From contig JBHLPL010000020.1 in NCBI GenBank assembly GCA_048939465.1, positions 1 to 6,523 of the forward strand: a DNA stretch of 6,523 bases, in the 5' to 3' direction. Source of the DNA: Promethearchaeota archaeon (GTDB lineage Archaea; Asgardarchaeota; Odinarchaeia; Odinarchaeales; JBHLKK01). Positions 1-5,534 of this stretch are shown here, one piece after another (position 1 is the stretch's first letter; every line of letters starts with the position of its first letter). The translations under genes were made by a program, and so were the position numbers. The notes below the pieces were generated by a model. The model was not told the origin of the DNA. It was given only the letters and a program-made list of their open reading frames with translations, and made no database searches.

Positions 1-935
1 AGTGTCAAGAGGACTCTTCTGGAATCTATCCCAAGTTCTTTTAGAAGGTTTGTTCCCCAATTGACCTTTAGCAGAATCGTTTCAGGAGACTCATCAGCGG
101 CGATGAGAAAGAGCACCAGGTCTGCTGACTTCATATCAAGTAGATTTAATTCGAAAGATTTTATCAGTTCGGGATACAAATCAAAAACGAAGCCAATTGT
201 GTCAACAAAAAAGAACGGACTGCCGTCTAAGCTCCTTTGGTATTTGCTTGAAAGCGTAGTGAACGGTTGATCACTTATAGGCTTATTCTCTCCGGTCAAT
301 GTATTGAAAAGCGTGGTCTTACCAGCATTATAGTATCCAGCAATGCATATTATGGGAATATTGAGTTTCTTTCTTTTTTTGATTCTGAGGTTTTTCTCTG
401 AAATGAGCTTGTCCATTTCTTTCTTGATTCTGCTGATCCTTCTCCTCAAACCCTTTATCTTACTGTGGAATGCATACTCGCCCATAGACCTAAAAAACGG
501 ATGCTCTCTTGAGAACTTCAGAGACGCTTCTAACTTGAAGTATGGGAGAAGCTTCTTCAAGGTCGCAAACTCGATTTGAAGCTTGGATAGTCTATCAGAC
601 GCTGCCATCTCGAAAATTCTGAGAGTCAAATCGTATCTATCGATGACTTCACATCCTAGCTTTCTGGCAAGGTTGAACCGTTGTTTGCTTGACAGGACAT
701 TGTAAAAAACTACAAAGTCCAGTCTTTCCTTGTCAACTATGTCTTTTAACTCTCCTACTTTGCCCGATCCCATAAGGAATCTTGAGGTAGCCCTGGTCCT
801 GGTCTGGACAAATTGGCCGGCCACCTCAAAACCGGCTGCAGTGGCCAGTTTTTCTAGCTCTTCTAGCTTGATCTCGAATTTCATGTGATCGTGTGGGTCT
901 GTTTTCAATAAACATAAAAGCGCTTTGTTATTCAC
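1..935 (-). CDS. hflX: HflX-family GTPase, archaeal type; partial, 3' end lies beyond the left edge of the window
   Basis: Manual minus-strand translation is open from a probable GTG at 935 (in-frame TGA further upstream; ATG at 884 is an alternative) to the window edge. N-domain reads MNNKALLCLLKTDPHDHMKFEIKLEELEKLATAAGFEVAGQFVQ...FLMGSGKVGELK...VIDRYDLTLRIFEMAASDRLSKLQIEFATLK. G1 is GYYNAGKTT (312-338), G2 DQPFTTL, G3 DTIGF. The frame reaches RRVLLT at the edge, just before the expected G4 NKxD. The IDR..L.L.IF...A.....KLQIE.A.L segment is the HflX hallmark. Absent from the ORF track, presumably because its stop codon is outside the window. Confidence 0.92.
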   Translation of the reverse strand, partial: MNNKALLCLLKTDPHDHMKFEIKLEELEKLATAAGFEVAGQFVQTRTRATSRFLMGSGKVGELKDIVDKERLDFVVFYNVLSSKQRFNLARKLGCEVIDRYDLTLRIFEMAASDRLSKLQIEFATLKKLLPYFKLEASLKFSREHPFFRSMGEYAFHSKIKGLRRRISRIKKEMDKLISEKNLRIKKRKKLNIPIICIAGYYNAGKTTLFNTLTGENKPISDQPFTTLSSKYQRSLDGSPFFFVDTIGFVFDLYPELIKSFELNLLDMKSADLVLFLIAADESPETILLKVNWGTNLLKELGIDSRRVLLT

Positions 936-1052
936 GATAACCACTTTGAAATCATTTTTGAAGAGTCAGGGCTTCACTGTCTCCGCTCAATCAGTCGTAT
1001 TGAAAACACTCCTATATTTGTTTCCCTTTGGAAAGAGTAATAAGGACTACGA

Positions 1053-1069
1053 ACCAAATACAATTTGGT
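1053..1069. promoter_or_regulatory. Perfect palindrome, candidate operator in the hflX/CBS divergent region
   Basis: ACCAAAT-ACA-ATTTGGT with 7-bp arms, 22 nt upstream of the CBS ATG. The function is inferred. Confidence 0.35.
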
Positions 1070-1080
1070 CAAGCTTAGCT

Positions 1081-1087
1081 GGGTGAT
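1081..1087 (+). promoter_or_regulatory. Ribosome-binding site of the CBS gene
   Basis: GGGTGAT ending 4 nt before ATG 1092; matches the archaeal GGAGGTGAT consensus. Confidence 0.7.
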
Positions 1088-1091
1088 ACTT

Positions 1092-1541
1092 ATGCCTTAT
1101 GTAATAGACGTTATGAGGAAACCTATCTTCTGCGAATCTGAGATACTTGTCACTGAAGCTGCAAAAACTATGAAAAAGAACAGAAATGTGAAGAACAGAA
1201 TTGGCAGTCTGATTGTGATTGATGGCAATGAACAGGTGATTGGTGTGATTACGGAAAGAGACCTTGTTCACAGGGTACTTGGAGAAAACAAAGATCCTAA
1301 AACAACAAAGATAGGAGAAGTGATGAGTAAGAACATAATTACTGTAGGGCCATATGTTTCACTGATTGAAGCTTTGAAGATTATGCGGAAGAATGATGTT
1401 CGACGATTACCTGTTACCAGAAACAAGAAACTTGTTGGCATACTCACTGAACGAGAAATAGCAACAGCTGTCATTCGTGCAAGCGATGAACAACTTAAAC
1501 TCAGCAGATTAAAAGATCTGGGAGAATATCTAATCCCGTAA
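1092..1541 (+). CDS. Stand-alone CBS-domain pair (Bateman module) protein, about 149 aa
   Basis: Two CBS repeats: EAAKTM...IGSLIVID...VIGVITERDLV and EVMSKNIITV....SLIEALKIMRKNDVRRLPV....LVGILTEREI. The start is placed at ATG 1092 rather than the track's 1065 because GGGTGAT (1081-1087) lies just upstream. Confidence 0.93.
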   Translation: MPYVIDVMRKPIFCESEILVTEAAKTMKKNRNVKNRIGSLIVIDGNEQVIGVITERDLVHRVLGENKDPKTTKIGEVMSKNIITVGPYVSLIEALKIMRKNDVRRLPVTRNKKLVGILTEREIATAVIRASDEQLKLSRLKDLGEYLIP

Positions 1542-1567
1542 TCTTTCTGCTTCTCTTCGGGCTTTCT
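1542..1567 (+). terminator. Possible pyrimidine-rich terminator or attenuator after the CBS gene
   Basis: TCTTTCTGCTTCTCTTCGGGCTTTCT directly follows the CBS stop and precedes a 6-bp hairpin. Confidence 0.25.
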
Positions 1568-1632
1568 GGTTGGAGAATAGGCCAACCCTAAGCTTTGTAT
1601 TTCTGAAATAAGAACTGCAATAGAGAGTTCTT

Positions 1633-1643
1633 GGTGAGGAGGT
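1633..1643 (+). promoter_or_regulatory. Ribosome-binding site of the MBL-fold hydrolase gene
   Basis: GGTGAGGAGGT ending 4 nt before ATG 1648. Confidence 0.8.
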
Positions 1644-1647
1644 TGAA

Positions 1648-2292
1648 ATGGTCTCAGTGAAATGGTTGGGTCACGCTTGTTTTGAAATAAGAAACAAAGT
1701 AACCGTTATAACCGACCCTCATAATGGAAGAGGTATAGGGATTGAACCGCCGAAATCCAAAGGTGATATAGTACTAATAAGCCACGAGCACCACGATCAT
1801 ATAGATGGGACTCCGTTGGTTACGAAAGATGATTCAGTGGTCATAATAGGCTTTGTTGGAGAAAAAACAGCCAAGGGTATACAAATCAAAGGAGTAAGAT
1901 CCTATCATGACCCAACATCGGGCAGTCAGCGGGGAGAGAATAGCATTTATGTATTTAGACTTGGAGGCATTTCATTCTGTTTTCTGGGTGATCTGGGGGA
2001 GATACTGAATAGAAGACAATTAGATGAGATAGGAGATGTTGATATCCTCCTGATTCCTGTTGGCGGAACCTATACATTAGACGCAGATGAAGCGTCCCAA
2101 GTCGCCGAAAAGATCAACCCTCGAATCACAATTCCAATGCATTACATGATTCCTGGCCTTTTGCTGCCAATAGCCGGCGTTGATGATTTTCTCAAAGGGA
2201 AGAAGAGAACAAGACGGGTTGATTCAAATACTTTCACTGTAACAAAAGAGACTTTGCCGGAAGAGAATGAAATAATGATTCTCTCTCCCTAA
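1648..2292 (+). CDS. Metallo-beta-lactamase-fold Zn-dependent hydrolase (COG2220/UlaG-like, Lactamase_B_3 type), 214 aa
   Basis: Motifs WLGHACF, ITDP, SHEHHDHIDG (HxHxDH), YHD....RGEN, LGDLG, DILLIPVGG and IPMHY. Strong RBS GGTGAGGAGGT at 1633-1643. Substrate unknown. Confidence 0.93.
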   Translation: MVSVKWLGHACFEIRNKVTVITDPHNGRGIGIEPPKSKGDIVLISHEHHDHIDGTPLVTKDDSVVIIGFVGEKTAKGIQIKGVRSYHDPTSGSQRGENSIYVFRLGGISFCFLGDLGEILNRRQLDEIGDVDILLIPVGGTYTLDADEASQVAEKINPRITIPMHYMIPGLLLPIAGVDDFLKGKKRTRRVDSNTFTVTKETLPEENEIMILSP

Positions 2293-2348
2293 TCCTTTGG
2301 ATTTCCATAGGAATTCATTAGACGGATTCTGGCCCAAGGTTGGAGGAA

Positions 2349-2557
2349 GGGGATGAAATTCCGAATGAAAGTTGAGAGGGCGGAATGAGGAGAGCATTAG
2401 GAGTGAACGGGGATCCTTCCAGTCAACATCATTCTGATTAGCTTTCTGAGCACCTGGTAAAATTTCTTATCGTCATAGCCATTCCTTATGGCTCTTCGTA
2501 TCAAATACTTTGATATCGTGTTAATTCTCTGGATTTTCTGTTCCATATTTCATCCCC
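2349..2557. repeat. 11-bp perfect inverted repeat pair bracketing the 49-aa ORF
   Basis: GGGGATGAAAT at 2349-2359 and its reverse complement ATTTCATCCCC at 2547-2557. The sequence match is exact; its significance is uncertain. Confidence 0.4.
2397..2546 (-). CDS. Putative small basic helical protein, 49 aa, not in the ORF track
   Basis: ATG 2546 to TAA 2397: MEQKIQRINTISKYLIRRAIRNGYDDKKFYQVLRKLIRMMLTGRIPVHS. SD-like GGGGATGA lies 3 nt upstream. Amphipathic helix/NGYDD turn/helix pattern. Co-oriented with and 92 nt downstream of the helicase, filling an otherwise empty 346-nt gap. Confidence 0.6.
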   Translation of the reverse strand: MEQKIQRINTISKYLIRRAIRNGYDDKKFYQVLRKLIRMMLTGRIPVHS

Positions 2558-2611
2558 AACTTGATTACTATGCTATTGGGGCTTTTAAGCGGAGGGAGAC
2601 CCCGATATAAA

Positions 2612-2620
2612 TGAAAAAAC
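2612..2620 (-). terminator. Possible archaeal oligo-T terminator after the helicase
   Basis: Minus-strand GTTTTTTCA about 20 nt downstream of the helicase TAA. Confidence 0.3.
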
Positions 2621-2638
2621 AAGCAGCTGAGTAGAGAA

Positions 2639-5230
2639 TTAATCTGATAAGATGAAAGGAGTCTCAATGGATTTTATTAGATAGTCAATATCTTCTGCAA
2701 CACCCTCACTATCACTTACTTCGGCTATTCTCTGAACGGCCTTCAGGCTATGGATCAGACTGTCAAACCAATTGAATATATCTCCTGGATATGCATAGAT
2801 TTCATATTCTTTGAGAAGTTGGTAGGAAATTCCCTTTGGAGTCAGACCGTTCATCCTAAGGTCAATCAGCTTCTTAGAAAGGGTTATTTGACCACAATCA
2901 CAATAAGGGTTATCTTTGCATCTGCAATCAAAAATCTCAAGGACCCATTTGGAGAAGATCCTCAGTGTTCTTCTACTAATCTTGCTAGATCTCCTTCGTT
3001 TGTGCCAGATCTCCATGGTGTTCAGAACCCAGTCTGCAAATAACCTGCTTGGAAAGTGAGTATTGAATGCCCTACTCAGCTCAGCTACAAGATTATCCGA
3101 AAGATAGGCAGATTTGAAGGGTTCGAGTTTTATCGCCAATTCCAAGGGATCGGTTTTCCCTAGATTCTTGTGCACAAATGTTATGTCACTTGGCTTTAGG
3201 AATGAAATGGATCCCATTTTCCCCAAATCTGTCGGGAGGATCTTTCCGTTTTCCTTTTTGATGAATCCTCGCTTTTCAAGGAACTTCAAGATATCTGCCA
3301 AATCTATTGAGGGACCGAGCATGAGATTGTAAACCTTGTCCAGCGCGCTTATAGATAGAGATTCCTGAGTGCATATTGATGCCAAAACCTGCTCAGCCAC
3401 AGATTCGAATTCAGGTTCCGAGACTACATCTTCCACTTCACCGTCAAGCAACTCAACAGCAATCTTATCTTCGGTGACATTCTGCTTGCCAAAGTATTTT
3501 CTTCCTGGCTCCACAAGCAGAACAACCTTACCCCTATCATGCTTCCCCAATCTACCTGCCCTACCGAGCATTTGATTAAACATTGCATTGGTAAGGTAGT
3601 CTTTCCCCATCATCAAAGACTCAAATACAACTTGACTGACAGGTGCGTTGAATCCCGCACCCAGGGCGTAAGTAGTTACAAGGGATTGATATTCGCCCTC
3701 TGCAAACAGCTCCTCAGTACTCTTTCTCCTGGCATAAGTCATACCAGCATGATAAGATGTCACTCTCAGGTTTCTCTTGCTCAGCCAATCAGATATCTCC
3801 TGAGTTTTCCTTCTTGAATTGGTGAAAACAAGCGTTTGACCCGGATACCCACTGCTACTGATGTGCTGATTTTCTATGTGAATTAGCTGATCAATTGCCT
3901 TCAGCTTCTCTGATTCTGAAACAGTCACAATTAGGTGTCGTTCCAGGGGAACTGGTCTGCCTTTGTGTTCAACGAGTTTTAGATTCAGCTTTTCGGCCAG
4001 CTGTTTGGGATTCCCAACAGTCGCGGATAACCCGATAAACTGGCAATTCGGGTATTGGCTTTTCAGCCTGCTTATCAAACCATCCACTTCAATACCCCGG
4101 TCTTCATCTGCAAGCATTTGGATCTCATCGATTACAACTGTTCCGATATCGCCGATATCTTTAGAGTTACCTGATCTCAGCAGAAAATCGAACCCCTCAT
4201 ATGTGCCTACGATGATGTCTGCTTGACTTATATCGCTGTCGACAACAACAAGTTCTTCTTCCCCAGTATCGATCTTTGACATTCCTACGCGAATCGCTGC
4301 TCGAAGTCCCAAGTCTTCATACTTCCGTCTGAACTCTTCATATAATTGATTCGCAAGCGCAACAAGAGGGACGAGAAAGCAGAATGTTTTTCTTTTGAGT
4401 GCCCTAAAAACGCCAGCAAGTTCTCCGATCAAGGTTTTCCCGCTTGACGTTGCCGAGACTATGAGGATGCTCTCACCCTCGAGCAACCCATTCCTGATCG
4501 CTTTAACTTGAGCAGGGAGAAGCCAATCTATCCCTTCTCTCTGCCAGATCTCCTTGAGTTCTTGAGGAAGATCCAGATGAGCAATTCTCATCTCTTCGGG
4601 CGGCTCAAACGGAGGGATCACATCATAAAGCGTAGCACTCGGCTGATTCACATTCACACCTGAAGCAAGAAAACCAAGAACTCTTTCTACACTTCTATCA
4701 CGCTTCAGCATACGATCTACATGACCAGATAGTCTCCTATTAACATCTATTCCACGATACTGGAGCTCTCTTATGAGTCCATTTCTGGCGCAGCGAAGGC
4801 AGACTTTTTCCCCTTGAAATTCATAATTCTTCTTGCCCAGATCTGTTATTCTGTAACCATCAAAAAGGCAATATCTGCATAGATTAACCTCTCTAATTTT
4901 GGACATATCAATCCGGAAATCCCTAAACATCGAGCGAAGCTCCTTAACAAACGGAGGAGCGACATTCTTAGGGATCAATACCTGTTTCGAATTACGTATT
5001 AGGTTCATAAACTCTTTGGGATCAAGGAAAGTCTGGTTCCCTTTATATTCGAGCCAGTATCTTTCGGGTCTGAGTCTTCCTTTTTTATAGTGGAATTTAG
5101 CTCTACCAGAGTAAACAGGAATATTGCCAACTAGCCCTTTTCGTGGTTGAATCAATTCAATATCTATTTCATCGCTTTTGTTCTTGTAATTCAATATTAC
5201 AACAGAATATTTTCCAGAAAAAGCTTTCAT
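2639..5230 (-). CDS. Archaea-specific superfamily 2 (Ski2-like DExH/D) helicase, COG1202 type with probable C-terminal DUF5814-like domain, 863 aa
   Basis: Q-motif region LLPAQ, motif I ATSSGKT (4433-4453), Ia LVPLVALANQ, Ib VGTYEG, II DEIQ (4118-4129), III SAT, RPVPLERH, IV VFTNSR, YHAG and VI QMLGRAGR. N-terminal CRYC...CLRC (4790-4879) and C-terminal CRCKDNPYCDC (2894-2926) Cys clusters match the family as I recall it. Confidence 0.92.
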   Translation of the reverse strand: MKAFSGKYSVVILNYKNKSDEIDIELIQPRKGLVGNIPVYSGRAKFHYKKGRLRPERYWLEYKGNQTFLDPKEFMNLIRNSKQVLIPKNVAPPFVKELRSMFRDFRIDMSKIREVNLCRYCLFDGYRITDLGKKNYEFQGEKVCLRCARNGLIRELQYRGIDVNRRLSGHVDRMLKRDRSVERVLGFLASGVNVNQPSATLYDVIPPFEPPEEMRIAHLDLPQELKEIWQREGIDWLLPAQVKAIRNGLLEGESILIVSATSSGKTLIGELAGVFRALKRKTFCFLVPLVALANQLYEEFRRKYEDLGLRAAIRVGMSKIDTGEEELVVVDSDISQADIIVGTYEGFDFLLRSGNSKDIGDIGTVVIDEIQMLADEDRGIEVDGLISRLKSQYPNCQFIGLSATVGNPKQLAEKLNLKLVEHKGRPVPLERHLIVTVSESEKLKAIDQLIHIENQHISSSGYPGQTLVFTNSRRKTQEISDWLSKRNLRVTSYHAGMTYARRKSTEELFAEGEYQSLVTTYALGAGFNAPVSQVVFESLMMGKDYLTNAMFNQMLGRAGRLGKHDRGKVVLLVEPGRKYFGKQNVTEDKIAVELLDGEVEDVVSEPEFESVAEQVLASICTQESLSISALDKVYNLMLGPSIDLADILKFLEKRGFIKKENGKILPTDLGKMGSISFLKPSDITFVHKNLGKTDPLELAIKLEPFKSAYLSDNLVAELSRAFNTHFPSRLFADWVLNTMEIWHKRRRSSKISRRTLRIFSKWVLEIFDCRCKDNPYCDCGQITLSKKLIDLRMNGLTPKGISYQLLKEYEIYAYPGDIFNWFDSLIHSLKAVQRIAEVSDSEGVAEDIDYLIKSIETPFILSD

Positions 5231-5397
5231 CTTAGACGCGCCCTAGTTGAATACGAATTAGAAATAGCTAGAAAGCCAAACTTACGATGGTTCTATAGCT
5301 TATAAACATTACGATGTTGTTATCCCGATAACTGCAATCGTATCGATGGAGAACTGCGAGGTTTTGCTGGGAAATGGCGATTATCGCAACAATATTT

Positions 5398-5427
5398 TTA
5401 TATATTAGGGATTTCGCATTATATATT
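5398..5427. promoter_or_regulatory. Tandem TATA-like elements in the helicase/7TM divergent intergenic region
   Basis: TTATATATT occurs at 5398-5406 and again at 5419-5427, 21 bp apart. A further TTTATAAG on the minus strand lies at 5299-5306. Confidence 0.4.
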
Positions 5428-5534
5428 GAGAAAGCCGTAAATTGCTGGTTTATGGAAAGAAAAACGTCTGATAGATAGAGAAGGTTGGAGTTAATCATTG
5501 CTGATCACGACAAGGTTTTTCAGACAATTGGAAA

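Noticed and set aside
61-579. Plus-strand ORFs 61-270 and 343-579
   Set aside because: Antisense shadows of hflX; the apparent hydrophobicity of 343-579 mirrors the Lys/Arg/Glu codons on the coding strand.
791-869. Short repeats CTGGTC and TTCTAGCT in hflX
   Set aside because: Explained by repeated codons (TRTR, LEELEK).
1555-1560. C-UUCG-G tetraloop
   Set aside because: The closing stem is only 1-2 bp.
1047-1585. Minus-strand ORFs 1047-1271 and 1268-1585
   Set aside because: Antisense to the clear CBS gene and show no recognisable motifs.
2353-2441. Two tiny plus-strand peptides (MKFRMKVERAE; MRRALGVNGDPSSQHHSD) coupled by ATGA
   Set aside because: Very short, the second overlaps the better-supported minus-strand ORF, and both are expected by chance in a purine-rich tract.
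2499-2515. Palindrome TATCAAA-TAC-TTTGATA, sharing CAAATAC with the 1053-1069 palindrome
   Set aside because: It lies inside the small ORF and its arm spacing differs from 1053-1069, so a shared operator is unlikely.
2397-2546. Faint resemblance of SKY...LTGRIPV to RNA polymerase Rpo6/omega (TKY...GKIP)
   Set aside because: The spacing is shorter and the conserved RA.Q core is missing; too weak to assign.
2293-2638. C/D-box sRNA, tRNA or CRISPR in the intergenic gaps (also 5231-5534)
   Set aside because: No ordered RTGATGA...CTGA boxes, no cloverleaf and no regularly spaced repeats.
2750-5090. Plus-strand ORFs 2750-3043, 3114-3332, 3369-3575, 3539-3817, 3963-4226 and 4899-5090
   Set aside because: All lie antisense within the helicase; Ser/Phe-rich shadow composition.
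5268-5498. 76-aa minus-strand ORF upstream of the helicase, with a weak GTGATC SD-like sequence
   Set aside because: Ile/Asn/Ser/Tyr-rich composition expected of AT-rich non-coding DNA. It covers the TATA-like elements and would leave only 36 bp to the divergent 7TM start. Not fully excluded; tblastn conservation would revive it.
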